Counted from the stretch's first letter, positions 9,205 through 19,650 are shown. The stretch: 58,715 bases of DNA from Bacillales bacterium UBA7642 (GCA_002483745.1 DLIM01000006.1:18193-76907); one strand, 5' to 3'. Notes: generated by a model from the letters alone, not told the origin. Program-made: numbers and translations.

Positions 9205-10152
9205 TTATTTCTTATCTTTATTCAAGGAATGGGGCTTGAAATAACTGATATTTTCCATCCAAGGAATTTTAGTTGTAAAGGTACCTTCTTCAGTAGTCTT
9301 GAAAGCTTCAAAAAGAATCTCCATCTTGGCATCAAGATCATCAAGAGCATGAAGGACATAGGCTTCCGGAGTAGCAGGGATTTTAGGAGAACCAAAATCA
9401 GGTTCACCATGATGGGCTAAAACCATATGAGTTAAAACATCTAGCTTTTCAGGCGAAATCTTCATTTCCTGACCTTTTTGATAAACCATCATTGCTCCTA
9501 AAGAGATATGACCTAAAAGGTTGCCTTCATCAGTATAGGTTGCAGCTTTAGGTCCACTTAATTCTTTAGTCTTGCCGATATCATGAAGCAAGCTGCCACT
9601 AACTAAATAATCTAAGCTCAGGAAAGGGTAATGCTCTTGAACTTTGATAGCCAAAGAACAAATTGAAAGAGAATGATAAAGAAGTCCTCCTAGATAGGCA
9701 TGATGGACAGTGACGGCAGCCGGATAGGTGGTATAGGCTTCAAAGTTTTCTTTGAGAAGAGTAATAGTCAGCTTTTTCAATTCATCATCCTGAATCAGTT
9801 CGATATCGCTTTTCAGCTCTTTCTTCATATCATCAATTGATCTAGGCGCAGTCGGAATAAATTTAGACATATCGACTGAATCCTGATCAACGAAAGCTAA
9901 TTCATTAATCTTAAGCTGCGGGTGGCCTTTATACATGCCAACTAAGCCATTGACTCTGACTAAGCTTCCAGGAGTTGTCAGTTCAATATCGGAATCTTCA
10001 ATTTGCCACATCTTGGCATCGATAGTGCCAGAGACGTCCTGTAGAATCAAAGAGAGATAGGGTGAGCCATTGTTAGAAACAGCTCTAGTGGACTGCTTGA
10101 CCATAAAAATCATGTCTACCGGTCCATCGGTATTGATAATATCTTTAATCAT
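9205..10152 (-). CDS. yhaM: 3'-5' exoribonuclease YhaM-like (OB fold plus HD domain)
   Basis: N-terminal OB segment (LSLILQDVSGTIDAKMW) and HD-domain motifs HHAYLGGLLYHSL, LLHDIGK and AHHG. The 315-aa length is typical of YhaM. Confidence 0.8.
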   Translation of the reverse strand: MIKDIINTDGPVDMIFMVKQSTRAVSNNGSPYLSLILQDVSGTIDAKMWQIEDSDIELTTPGSLVRVNGLVGMYKGHPQLKINELAFVDQDSVDMSKFIPTAPRSIDDMKKELKSDIELIQDDELKKLTITLLKENFEAYTTYPAAVTVHHAYLGGLLYHSLSICSLAIKVQEHYPFLSLDYLVSGSLLHDIGKTKELSGPKAATYTDEGNLLGHISLGAMMVYQKGQEMKISPEKLDVLTHMVLAHHGEPDFGSPKIPATPEAYVLHALDDLDAKMEILFEAFKTTEEGTFTTKIPWMENISYFKPHSLNKDKK

Positions 10153-10996
10153 TGAATGTGTTGCCTGAACTTTCTAGCCAGCCTTGTATTTCCGATGAAG
10201 AGAAGCCTTTTTCTAAAAGGTGAGCGAAGAATCTTTGCTTCTGTTTCATCTTGTCGGGATAGCGTTTTGCATATGAATTATAACATTTTTCAGCCTCTTG
10301 CTTCAGTAAAGATGACCGATTGTTTTCTTCCTGCTCTTTTTCTTCATCGCTTCGGCCCTGATAGAAGGCATCGATGGCTTTTAAAGATTCGCTTGAAGAA
10401 TAACCTCGACGGATAAGAAAAGAAAAAATGCTTTGCTTTCTTTTCTCAATAGTTTGATTTCTTTTTGCTTTGTCGGCTCTTTTGATTAGTTCTTCTAAAT
10501 TAAAGGAAGTGCTTTCAAAGACAGATAAAAAATCTTCGCTGCTTAGAATAGTTGGTCCAATACCTCTTTTTCTTAGGTTAGCTAAGATGGCGGTTTTACC
10601 ATGACCGGTTCTGATTTGGCTTTCAGCATAATCCTGACTATAGGTTAAGTCATCGATCACTTGAGCTTCCTTGTAAGGATAGATCAACTTCTCTATCTCG
10701 TAAGGGGAAAGCTGATACTTCTTTTTAAGACGGTCTTTTAATTGTTTTTCCGTATAACGACCTATGGAGAGAAGATAGGAAAGGTAGGCGGTAGCTTTAA
10801 TTGTCTTCTTCTCCGCTTTTAGTTTGCTAATCTCTTCTACGGTTAGTTTCTTTCCTGGGTAGTAGTAATTAGAAAGATAAGCATCATAAGAAACTGGAAT
10901 GCTTTCTTTTCCGATTGTAATGATGACTTCCTTCCCTTTGACAGTAAGGTCAGTAATTTCTTTAGAAGTTTGTCCTTTGAGCTTTTTTATAGACAT
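10145..10996 (-). CDS. recX: RecX-family regulatory protein
   Basis: Repeated helical RecX-type modules (LRKRGIGPTIL, FLIRRGYSSSESLKAI, LLEKGFSSSEIQGWL). The ORF track starts at 11041. I prefer the ATG at 10996 (MSIKKLKG) because AAAGGA lies 6 nt upstream. It still overlaps the glycosyltransferase 3' end. Confidence 0.6.
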   Translation of the reverse strand: MSIKKLKGQTSKEITDLTVKGKEVIITIGKESIPVSYDAYLSNYYYPGKKLTVEEISKLKAEKKTIKATAYLSYLLSIGRYTEKQLKDRLKKKYQLSPYEIEKLIYPYKEAQVIDDLTYSQDYAESQIRTGHGKTAILANLRKRGIGPTILSSEDFLSVFESTSFNLEELIKRADKAKRNQTIEKRKQSIFSFLIRRGYSSSESLKAIDAFYQGRSDEEKEQEENNRSSLLKQEAEKCYNSYAKRYPDKMKQKQRFFAHLLEKGFSSSEIQGWLESSGNTFND

Positions 10997-12143
10997 GCAT
11001 GATCCTTTCATAATAGCTAGTGACAGAGAAGATTTCTTCATTTCTCTGATAGCCTCTATCTATTATTTGTTTTTTCTCGTCAGAATTTATAGTAAGAATC
11101 ATGTGAATGCGATCAACCAGGGTATGCTCATCGTCATAGAAGAAGCCAGTTACGCCATCATCGATTAAGCCGACTAAATTAAAATCATACTTAGCTAGAA
11201 CTAAAGTTCTACTTGCCATAGCTTCCGAATAGGTCAGTCCTTGGGTCTCAGTGGTTGAGGCACAGAGGAAGGCATCGGCCATTTGATAGTAAAAGACGGT
11301 TTCATCGTGGGGGACACTACCAATGGAGATAAAGAAATCCTTGTAGCGGGAATCAGCTATTTCTTTAAGTATTTCCTTGTTTTCCGGTCCATCTCCTACC
11401 AGCATGAAAACGGTATTGTCATCATCGTACTTGTCTTTATATCCTTCAAAGCCTTTGATCAGTTCATCAATGTTCTTTTCTTTAGCAATACGGCCTAAAT
11501 ACAAAAGAATTCTTTTGCCTTCTAGATGATGTTCCTTTTTGAACTGAGCTTCTCTAGCTAAATTTCTCGGCTTATCAAACTCCGAGAAGGACAAAGCGTT
11601 TGGAACTACATTGATAAAGTTAGTTACTCCATAGCTTCTTAACAGATGTCTGGACTTATTTGATGGAGTAATGATAGTAGCTTTCTTGCTGGCTATCTTT
11701 TTGACGATGATCTGAATAGCTTTCTTGGTGATCTTGTCAGAGAACTTATTGCCATTAGAAAGATAATAGGAATAATCTTCATAGGAAGTATGGTAAGTAT
11801 AGACGAGAGGAACATGAAATCTTTTAGCACAGAGTCTTCCAAAGATTGAGATACCAAACTCCTGCTGGACATGGATGATATCAAAAGGAATCTTTTTAAG
11901 AATCTTATAGGCTTTACTGTTATAGATAAAAGACATACGGTAGTTGTAAAGGAACTTCAAAGACTTGCCAGGTATACGAAGAACTTTATTTTCAAAAGTA
12001 AAATGCTTTTGTCCTTTTAATCCTGTGGTGACAACGTAAACATCATTGCCATGGGCAATTAAACTATCGCGTAAAGTCTTAGTAGCAGTAGCTACTCCAT
12101 TGACATCCGGATGATAGGTGTCTGAAAATATACCAATTACCAT
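10962..12143 (-). CDS. GT4 glycosyltransferase, resembling 1,2-diacylglycerol 3-alpha-glucosyltransferase (alMGS-like glucolipid synthase)
   Basis: N-terminus MVIGIFSDTYHPDVNGVATA and a C-terminal E..G....EAMA-type segment (TETQGLTYSEAMAS) are typical of GT4 enzymes. The N-terminus resembles Acholeplasma/Streptococcus monoglucosyl-DAG synthases. Confidence 0.7.
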   Translation of the reverse strand: MVIGIFSDTYHPDVNGVATATKTLRDSLIAHGNDVYVVTTGLKGQKHFTFENKVLRIPGKSLKFLYNYRMSFIYNSKAYKILKKIPFDIIHVQQEFGISIFGRLCAKRFHVPLVYTYHTSYEDYSYYLSNGNKFSDKITKKAIQIIVKKIASKKATIITPSNKSRHLLRSYGVTNFINVVPNALSFSEFDKPRNLAREAQFKKEHHLEGKRILLYLGRIAKEKNIDELIKGFEGYKDKYDDDNTVFMLVGDGPENKEILKEIADSRYKDFFISIGSVPHDETVFYYQMADAFLCASTTETQGLTYSEAMASRTLVLAKYDFNLVGLIDDGVTGFFYDDEHTLVDRIHMILTINSDEKKQIIDRGYQRNEEIFSVTSYYERIMHVYKKAQRTNF

Positions 12144-13853
12144 TTATTTTTTGCCCTTCTTGCTTTCCTTAAACACTGGCTTAATTACGGCACTATCCAT
12201 AGTATTATCTTCCGATAAATCAGAATCCTCGGGATCGCTAGTGGTGATGGTTCTTTCTTCATCGATTTCCGGCCCTTCGAAATCAAGTCCTTTTTCTTTG
12301 TCGACTTTGATAGTGGTTCCATAAGGCTGCATTTTCTGAAGTCTGATTTTCTCTTTTTCGGCCTTCTTAGCTTTTTTGATGGCCTGTTTCTTCTTCTTTC
12401 TTTGGACACGGCGTTTCTCGTTCTGCTCGGAATAAGAGTATTCGCTAGCTGATTCTGCCTGAATTTCCTGATCAAGAGATTCTGACCCGTTTAAAGCCTG
12501 GCTTTCTTTTAAAGCCTGTGCTAAACGCTTCTTTTCAATAGTTAAAGTCATTGTTAGGTCTTTCTTCTCTTCGCTGCTATCTTTTACCATGGCTTTGCTA
12601 TTCTCCATGTTTCTTCTGATTCTATCAAAAGATTCCTCAATTTCGGCTTCAGAGAGCAAAGGCTCATTCGAGCTTTTAGGCTTAACGTTGTTGACGAATT
12701 CCTTGGTAGAGGCATCGGTAGAATTATTATAGTTCATTACTTCTAAATCGTAGAGAGTAGCGGTGTTGCTGAGAAGCTCATATTTTTTAGGAGAACCTTT
12801 ATATAAAGCAAAAGTCAGTCCTCCAACCACGATGTTGAAGTAAAGACTTAAAGAACGCCAGATTAAGTTACCAGCACTGGCTAGAGAGTTAGCAGAGGAA
12901 ACAACTGATTCTACTGAACTACCATTAGCGATCAAATAATAGAAAATAGCCTGGAAAGCGACTTCCGGAGCACCCATTGTCAAGTAGGAGGAAATCAAAG
13001 TGATATAGCTAGTTCCGCCTAGACAGCTAAGGAAGCTTAAGGAAGTTAAATCAGCTCCTAAAGCCCAGAAGCAAAGATAAGGAAGAATATTGCTTAGGAA
13101 TTGTTTGGCAATATTGATAAAGAGGAGAACCAACATAATTCTCTTATGACTCAAAAGACGTTTGGACTCAATTCTATAAGTAGCGAATTTCAAAGTCCAT
13201 TTCTTTCTAGTGGCATCGGGGTCTTTGATGATATGAAGCTTTGCTAAAAACCTTACTCCGAAGTCAACGACAAATCGGTGAAGAGGTCGGCACCAAGCTA
13301 GAAGGACTATGACAATCAGGAAAGCGGCATCAATGCCAAAACCGATCAAAGAAAGAGGGAAGATCTTAATTCCGCCTAAGAGAGTAAGAGGAATATCTTT
13401 CACAAAAGGATAACCGACAAAAATCATTACCAGCGAATAGAAAGTCAAAGTGAACTGATACATCAGAAAGTTCATAGTCAGAATGGAAGCAGCATTTGGT
13501 CCATCGACATCCTGCTTAGTGAAAGTATAGGCCTGGATGAAGTTGGCGCTAGTCTTATTGAGGCAACCGATAAATGCTCCAATCTGAGCATTGATCAGTC
13601 CTTGGTAATAATGATAGTTATGGTTGTAGATTCTAGCCAGTAAGGTAATAGAGACACCTTCTAAAATATTAGTAAGAACCACTGTCCCAATTGCTAAAAG
13701 GAGCGGGAAGAAATTAGCTCCGCCTAAGATCTTAAAGGCCTCTTGAGGATTATCCTTTAAGATGTAGTAGAGAGCTAAGGCACTTAAAGCCACAAAAAAG
13801 ATGATGTTGACAGTTACCTTAATTGTCTTCTGCGTCTTCTTTGAGACAGTCAT
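12144..13853 (-). CDS. Flippase-like membrane protein (LPG-synthase-TM / UPF0104 family) with a ~190-aa charged C-terminal tail
   Basis: Multi-pass N-terminal ~370 aa. It is adjacent to the glycosyltransferase gene with no gap, a common pairing. The tail is rich in K/E/S (KKKKQAIKKAKKAEKEK...). Confidence 0.55.
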   Translation of the reverse strand: MTVSKKTQKTIKVTVNIIFFVALSALALYYILKDNPQEAFKILGGANFFPLLLAIGTVVLTNILEGVSITLLARIYNHNYHYYQGLINAQIGAFIGCLNKTSANFIQAYTFTKQDVDGPNAASILTMNFLMYQFTLTFYSLVMIFVGYPFVKDIPLTLLGGIKIFPLSLIGFGIDAAFLIVIVLLAWCRPLHRFVVDFGVRFLAKLHIIKDPDATRKKWTLKFATYRIESKRLLSHKRIMLVLLFINIAKQFLSNILPYLCFWALGADLTSLSFLSCLGGTSYITLISSYLTMGAPEVAFQAIFYYLIANGSSVESVVSSANSLASAGNLIWRSLSLYFNIVVGGLTFALYKGSPKKYELLSNTATLYDLEVMNYNNSTDASTKEFVNNVKPKSSNEPLLSEAEIEESFDRIRRNMENSKAMVKDSSEEKKDLTMTLTIEKKRLAQALKESQALNGSESLDQEIQAESASEYSYSEQNEKRRVQRKKKKQAIKKAKKAEKEKIRLQKMQPYGTTIKVDKEKGLDFEGPEIDEERTITTSDPEDSDLSEDNTMDSAVIKPVFKESKKGKK

Positions 13854-13857
13854 GCGA

Positions 13858-15531
13858 TTAACCTAATAAGGAAGTGACTAATTTTATACGGCGAGTAATT
13901 TCATCTTTTCCCAGAATCTCAAGAACATCATAAAGCTTAGGAGCCTGAGTGGAACCAGAGACTGCGACTCTTATTAAAGAGATGCAGTCAGCATACCAGC
14001 CGTTATAGGCCTTAGGATCTTTCTTATAGACTTTGCGGTCATTGCAGAAATTATGTTTGACGCCTAAAGACTTCATAGCTTCAAACCAGGTATTCTCATC
14101 CATTGAAAGGTCTAAAGTATTCTCAAAGTCAGTTAAGAAATCCTTAATGACTTTCTTATCGATGAATTCGTTGAAAGGAAGAGGTCCGGCTTTAACGAGC
14201 TTATCAAACTCATCGGCATAGAAGAATCTGATCTTAGGAGTGACATCAGAGAAACGCTCGTAGTCTTTTCTAGGCTTTTCCTGTTCTCTTTCGATATTGA
14301 TGATTCTTTCAAACTTAGGTCGGTCGGATTCAATATAGTTAGCTAATTCAGGATCGTATGATTTAGCCCAAGCCAAAGCCTGATCAGTAAAAGTGGTCTT
14401 ATCCATATTAGCTAAGACTTCCTTAGAAATATTGTTAAGCTTAGGTAAATCAAACAAGGCACCATCAAGAGAGAATTTATCGAAAGACAGATTGAAGTCA
14501 TCCATGTTCCCTTTAGGGTTAGCCATCAGCCAAGCCTCGAAGTTAGAGTTAGCAATAGTCATTAGGTATTCGATGAATCCTTTAACTGGATAACCAGCCT
14601 TTAAGAAGTAACTAGTAGCAGCTTCAGGATCCTTACGCTTAGAAAGCTTTCTCTTGTTGCCAGTATCCTTATCAGTGATCATGATAACCGGAAGATGAGC
14701 ATACTTAGGAGCCTTCCATCCCATAGCTTCAAATAACTCTAAATGGATAGGAAGAGAAGAAACCCATTCTTCTCCTCTAGTTACAAGAGTAGTACCCATA
14801 AAGTGATCATCGACTAGATGGGCAAAATGATAGGTGGGAAGACCATCACTTTTAAGAATGACTATATCCTGATCGTTTTCAGTCAGATCCATATCGCCTC
14901 TGATTTCATCATGGGCTTTGATGTGATTGAGATGATTGCCTTTAGATTTGAAACGGATGACATAAGGCTTACCAGCCTTAATCATTTCTATTTCTTCATC
15001 GATTGTATAATGACGGCATTTAGCATATTCGCCATAGTAGCCAGGAATAACTTTATTGGCTTCCTGGACTAATCTTAACTGATCAAGGTCTTCTTTAGTG
15101 CAGAAGCAAGGATAGGCACGGCCTTTCTTGATTAGCTCCTTAATGACAATTTTGTAGATATCGCCTCTTTCAGACTGGACATAAGGACCATAATTGCCTT
15201 CTTCGTGGTCACCGAAATAACCTTCATCGGCAACGATTCCGAAAGTCTTTAACTGTTTGACTAAGTCCATTCCGGTGCCGGCAATCTCACGCTTCTGGTC
15301 AGTATCTTCAAGACGGAAGAAATAAACGCCATGAGTCTGTTTAGCAAACTTATGGGCGACCATTGCGGTGAATAAGGAACCAGTGTGAAGGAAACCAGTC
15401 GGAGAAGGAGCAAAACGGGTTACTTCAGTACCTTCAGGTAAGTTTCTAGGTGGGAATCTCTTGTCGAGATCTTTGATAGTAAGCTTGACGTCAGGGAATA
15501 TCAGATCAGCTAAATCTTTGTTTGTTGCCAT
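13858..15531 (-). CDS. gltX: Glutamate--tRNA ligase (long form)
   Basis: RFAPSPTGFLHTGS (HIGH region), RLEDTDQKRE, YGPYVQSER, PTYHFAHLVDDH and the KLSKRK (KMSKS) motif. Confidence 0.85.
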   Translation of the reverse strand: MATNKDLADLIFPDVKLTIKDLDKRFPPRNLPEGTEVTRFAPSPTGFLHTGSLFTAMVAHKFAKQTHGVYFFRLEDTDQKREIAGTGMDLVKQLKTFGIVADEGYFGDHEEGNYGPYVQSERGDIYKIVIKELIKKGRAYPCFCTKEDLDQLRLVQEANKVIPGYYGEYAKCRHYTIDEEIEMIKAGKPYVIRFKSKGNHLNHIKAHDEIRGDMDLTENDQDIVILKSDGLPTYHFAHLVDDHFMGTTLVTRGEEWVSSLPIHLELFEAMGWKAPKYAHLPVIMITDKDTGNKRKLSKRKDPEAATSYFLKAGYPVKGFIEYLMTIANSNFEAWLMANPKGNMDDFNLSFDKFSLDGALFDLPKLNNISKEVLANMDKTTFTDQALAWAKSYDPELANYIESDRPKFERIINIEREQEKPRKDYERFSDVTPKIRFFYADEFDKLVKAGPLPFNEFIDKKVIKDFLTDFENTLDLSMDENTWFEAMKSLGVKHNFCNDRKVYKKDPKAYNGWYADCISLIRVAVSGSTQAPKLYDVLEILGKDEITRRIKLVTSLLG

Positions 15532-15551
15532 ATTAATTTTCTCCTATTGGT

Positions 15552-16619
15552 TTATTCAAACGGCTTAATGTAGAAACGTCCATAGACCTGTTCGATATCA
15601 GTGACGGTGACAAAGGACTTAGGATCTACAGAATTAATCATCTTAATTGCTTTCTTCTTCTCGCTTCTTGAGATGACCATATAGACAATCATATTCTTCT
15701 TTCCGGTAAAGGCACCTTTGGATTCGACAATGGTGCAGGTATGGGGGAAGGAATGAACCATAATCAAAGGCAACTGCTCATCGTTGGTGAAGATCTGAAT
15801 CTCTTGTTTACGGTTCTTAGTATTTAAGAGATCAACTACCTTAGAAGAAATGAAGAAATAAATAATAGTATACAAAGCCATTGTGACAATACTGGAAATA
15901 GATTGAGTATTCCAAGATGGGTTAATCTTAATGCCCATGACTGAGAAAAGAACGTAGAAAATAACAATGGTAGTATTCATCGTTAAAGAGTATTTGCCTA
16001 CCGAGGTAGATTTCTTTTCGGATAAATAAATAGTAATGACATCAATACCGCCAGAAGAAGTTCCAACCATCATCGCTAATCCTGAAGAAATACCAGTCAA
16101 TAAGCCTGCAAAGATTGTTCTAGCTAAGTAATCGTTATAAAGGTTTATGACCTGATAGATCCATTGATCACGAATGACATAGTTGAATAAGGAGACTAAG
16201 CCGACATTGATGAGGGTGAAGACAGTGAACTGCTTAGAGATTTTAAACCAAGACAGAATCATAATCGGAATATTGACGGCAAAGTAGGAGACGGAAATGA
16301 TAATAGTCTCATAATTTGCGGTATTTGTGAAGATGTTGATGAAGGCATCAATAGTTTGACCAATACCGGAAGCTCCGCCCGAGATTAGATGAACAGGGGA
16401 AGCAATATCGGCATCTGTGATGCTGGTATCTCCTAAGGCTTTCCAGCCCTCGACACAGCCAGTTGTTGGAGTTATTAAGGCTCGTAATTCATAGGCAAAA
16501 ATAAAAGCAGAAAGGACTTCAACAAAAAAGATGCCAATCCATCTCAGCCATTGCCTGGTTCGAGGATGGTCCATCAAGAAATCGGTAATATCGGTTCTAG
16601 TTTTACTAAGCCATTCCAT
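15552..16619 (-). CDS. YitT-family membrane protein (with DUF2179 C-terminal domain)
   Basis: Two repeated membrane halves with SGGASGIGQ and SSGGIDV motifs, plus a soluble C-terminal ~80 aa. This is the typical YitT layout. Confidence 0.7.
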   Translation of the reverse strand: MEWLSKTRTDITDFLMDHPRTRQWLRWIGIFFVEVLSAFIFAYELRALITPTTGCVEGWKALGDTSITDADIASPVHLISGGASGIGQTIDAFINIFTNTANYETIIISVSYFAVNIPIMILSWFKISKQFTVFTLINVGLVSLFNYVIRDQWIYQVINLYNDYLARTIFAGLLTGISSGLAMMVGTSSGGIDVITIYLSEKKSTSVGKYSLTMNTTIVIFYVLFSVMGIKINPSWNTQSISSIVTMALYTIIYFFISSKVVDLLNTKNRKQEIQIFTNDEQLPLIMVHSFPHTCTIVESKGAFTGKKNMIVYMVISRSEKKKAIKMINSVDPKSFVTVTDIEQVYGRFYIKPFE

Positions 16620-16792
16620 AATTTTTAAATTTCCCTTTTATAAAGATTAGTTTGTAGTCTTATATATAATACTAGTTACTAAGTTATTTGCAACGAAAAA
16701 TAGCACCATATTATATGCTTTTCCTATTTCAATTTTGCTTACAAGTAGCTTATAATTATAAAAGATAACTTAAGCAACAAAGAGGATTGAAC

Positions 16793-17959
16793 ATGATTAA
16801 TGGTAACCTGAAAGCTGGTTTCGAAAAGATTTTCGGAAAGGGCGGAGACATCAGGGGCTTTTTTGCTCCCGGAAGAGTCAATTTGATTGGCGAACATATC
16901 GACTATAATGGTGGGCATGTCTTCCCTTGTGCCTTATCGGTAGGAAATTATTGCGTTGCTAGGGCTAGAAACGATGATAAACTTTGCTTCTATTCTGAAA
17001 ATTTCAAGAAGGGCGGAGTAATTACTACTTCGATTAATGACTTGGTTTTTGATTCCACTCTTGGCTGGACTAACTATCCCAAGGGTGTCATGTGGGCCTT
17101 TGATAAAAAAGGTATGAAAATGACACATGGATTCGATATCTATATTTATGGAAATATCCCTGGCTCCGGATTATCTTCTTCCGCTGCTATGGAAGTAGTT
17201 ATCGGTGTCATGCTTAAAGATTATTTTGGCTTTGATGTCTCTATGCAGGATATCGCTTTAATTGGACAATATTCTGAAAACAACTTCAATGGTATGAATT
17301 GTGGAATTATGGATCAGTTTGCTTCGGCAATGGGCAAAAAAGACCATGCTATCTTCCTAGATTGCAGCACTTTAAAATATGAATATGTTCCTTTAAAGCT
17401 AGTAGGATATAAGATTATTGTGACTAACTCTAATAAGCCTCATTCACTCTGCAATTCTCATTATAACGATAGACGTAAAGAGTGTGAGGAAGCCGTTAAG
17501 GATCTTCAGACTGTAGTTGATATTAAGAATCTTTGCCAGTTGACTCCTGAACAGTTTGATAAATATCAGAATGTCATCAAGAGTCCTATTTCTAAGAGAA
17601 GAGCATTCTTTGCTATCAATGAGGAAAAGAGAACCAAGGATGCTGTTGAAGCTTTAAAGAAGAACGATATTGAAACTTTCGGAAAGCTCATTAAAGAAGC
17701 TGGGACTTCTTTAAGATACGATTATGAAGCCACCTGCGATGAGATTGATGTTCTTGTTGATGAGGCTAATAAGCAGCTAGGCTGCTTAGGCTCACGTGAA
17801 ACTGGTGGCGGCTGGGGTGGAAATACTGTCTCTATCGTTAAGGATGACTGCATTGATGCTTTTAAGAAGGAAGTCGGTATGGTCTATAAGAAGAAGACAG
17901 GCTTAAAAGCTGATTTCTATTCTCTAGAAATCGGTGATGGCGGAAGGAGGATCTTCTAG
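16793..17959 (+). CDS. galK: Galactokinase
   Basis: GRVNLIGEHIDYNGG signature and the GHMP motif PGSGLSSSAA. The ORF track starts at TTG 16787. The ATG at 16793 lies 6 nt after AGAGGA, so I prefer it. Confidence 0.9.
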   Translation: MINGNLKAGFEKIFGKGGDIRGFFAPGRVNLIGEHIDYNGGHVFPCALSVGNYCVARARNDDKLCFYSENFKKGGVITTSINDLVFDSTLGWTNYPKGVMWAFDKKGMKMTHGFDIYIYGNIPGSGLSSSAAMEVVIGVMLKDYFGFDVSMQDIALIGQYSENNFNGMNCGIMDQFASAMGKKDHAIFLDCSTLKYEYVPLKLVGYKIIVTNSNKPHSLCNSHYNDRRKECEEAVKDLQTVVDIKNLCQLTPEQFDKYQNVIKSPISKRRAFFAINEEKRTKDAVEALKKNDIETFGKLIKEAGTSLRYDYEATCDEIDVLVDEANKQLGCLGSRETGGGWGGNTVSIVKDDCIDAFKKEVGMVYKKKTGLKADFYSLEIGDGGRRIF

Positions 17960-19467
17960 TGGAAGATATTAATGTCAGTATTAAGAAGTTAGCCGATTAT
18001 GCTATTGATAAGCATCTGATAAGTGAGACGGAGAAAAGCTATTCTATCAATTTGCTGCTTGATGTTTTGAATCTCAATGAATATGAGGAACCTTCGACAA
18101 CTTATTCCGATGTTGATTTAGAGAGCACCCTAGCTAATATCCTTGATTATGCCTACAGTCAAAAACTCTTTGCTGAGAACACAACTGTCTATCGTGATCT
18201 CTTTGATACTAAAGTAATGAATTGCTTTGTTCCTAGACCTGATACTATTAGTGCCAAGTTCTGGAATCTTTATAAAGATTTTTCACCTAAAGCGGCTACA
18301 GATTGGTATTATCAGTTCTCTAAGGACTCTGACTATATTAGAGACTATCGAGTCAAGAAAGATCTTAAGTGGAAGACTCCGACTGATTATGGTGACTTAG
18401 ATATTACTATCAATCTATCAAAACCGGAAAAAGATCCTAAGGCCATCATGGCTGCTAGGACTATGAAGCAGTCTTCTTACCCTAAATGTCAGCTCTGTAA
18501 AGAGAACATGGGCTATCGTGGAACCTTAAATCATCCCGCTAGAGAGACTATTCGTATTATTCCTTTAAGGCTTTATGGAGATAACTTCTTCCTTCAGTAT
18601 TCACCTTACTCATACTATAACGAACACTGCATCGTCTTTAACACTGAGCATATTCCTATGGTCATCAATGAGAAAGCTTTCCGTCATCTGATTGCCTTTG
18701 TAGAAATGTTCCCCTCCTATATGCTTGGTTCAAATGCTGACTTGCCGATTGTCGGTGGATCAATTCTTACTCATGATCACTACCAGGGCGGTTGCTACGA
18801 CTTCCCGATGTTTAGAGCCTCGGTGGTTTGTGATCTTCACTTCACTGGTTACGATAACGTTGAGGCATCTTTACTTAAATGGCCTTTAACTGTTATTAGA
18901 CTTAAGTGTTCTGATAAAGAAGAGCTAATCAAGCTTTCTACAAAGATTCTAACTGTCTGGAGAACCTATACTGATAAGAGCAGCCAAATTGAAGCCATGA
19001 CGAATGGCGAGATGCATAACACTGTTACTCCTATCTGCCGTAAAGAAAACGGTCTGTTTATTATGGACTTAGCTTTAAGAAACAACATCGCTACAGTCGA
19101 ATATCCTTTAGGCTTGTTCCATCCGCATCCGGAATACTGGAACATCAAGAAAGAGAATATCGGCTTAATCGAAGTCATGGGCTTAGCTATTTTGCCTTCT
19201 CGTCTTAAAAAGGAGTTAGGAGCGGTCAAAGACTGCCTTTTGAACAACAAGAATCTTAACGCTGACCCTTTAGCCAAGAAGCATGCTACTTGGGTTGAGG
19301 GATTTATCCATAACTATGATTACAATGCCAATAACATTGATGAGATTCTTCATAAGGAAGTTGGCCTGACTTTCATGAAGGTCCTAGAGTGCTCAGGAGT
19401 CTATAAGCAGACACCTTCTGGATATGAGGGAGTAGCTCGTTTCATCCAAGCCGTCAACCAAGCCTAA
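17959..19467 (+). CDS. galT: Galactose-1-phosphate uridylyltransferase (type 2, Firmicutes type)
   Basis: ~500-aa type-2 GalT. The GTG start overlaps the galK TAG by 1 nt and GGAAGGAGG lies 8 nt upstream. It directly follows galK. Confidence 0.85.
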   Translation: MEDINVSIKKLADYAIDKHLISETEKSYSINLLLDVLNLNEYEEPSTTYSDVDLESTLANILDYAYSQKLFAENTTVYRDLFDTKVMNCFVPRPDTISAKFWNLYKDFSPKAATDWYYQFSKDSDYIRDYRVKKDLKWKTPTDYGDLDITINLSKPEKDPKAIMAARTMKQSSYPKCQLCKENMGYRGTLNHPARETIRIIPLRLYGDNFFLQYSPYSYYNEHCIVFNTEHIPMVINEKAFRHLIAFVEMFPSYMLGSNADLPIVGGSILTHDHYQGGCYDFPMFRASVVCDLHFTGYDNVEASLLKWPLTVIRLKCSDKEELIKLSTKILTVWRTYTDKSSQIEAMTNGEMHNTVTPICRKENGLFIMDLALRNNIATVEYPLGLFHPHPEYWNIKKENIGLIEVMGLAILPSRLKKELGAVKDCLLNNKNLNADPLAKKHATWVEGFIHNYDYNANNIDEILHKEVGLTFMKVLECSGVYKQTPSGYEGVARFIQAVNQA

Positions 19468-19475
19468 AAGTTAAA

Positions 19476-19516
19476 AAAGCCTTCACATTTAGTCTGTAGT
19501 GAAGGCTTTTATTTTG
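19476..19516 (+). terminator. Rho-independent terminator after galT
   Basis: 11-bp stem aaagccttcac/gtgaaggcttt with a 12-nt loop, followed by a T-rich tract. Confidence 0.7.
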
Positions 19517-19650
19517 GCTTAAAAAGATAGCAGGAGTACTTGGCCCCTTTGCCTTTTTTAGGCTCTTTAATATAAATAAATAGTAAATATATACTTTTTT
19601 ATGGCTGAATAAATGTTATACTTTTTGTGTATCTTCTAATTGAACAAACT

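Noticed and set aside
16688-16702. cre-like sequence TGCAACGAAAAATA upstream of galK.
   Set aside because: It mismatches the cre consensus at several defined positions, including the 3rd base and the right half-site. This contrasts with the perfect site ahead of glgC.
16620-16792. Divergent strand switch (all genes on the minus strand to the left, plus strand to the right), considered as a replication origin.
   Set aside because: I found no TTATCCACA-type DnaA boxes in the 167-bp spacer and no dnaA/dnaN nearby. The window contains several further strand switches. It is simply a divergent promoter region for the yitT-family gene and galK.
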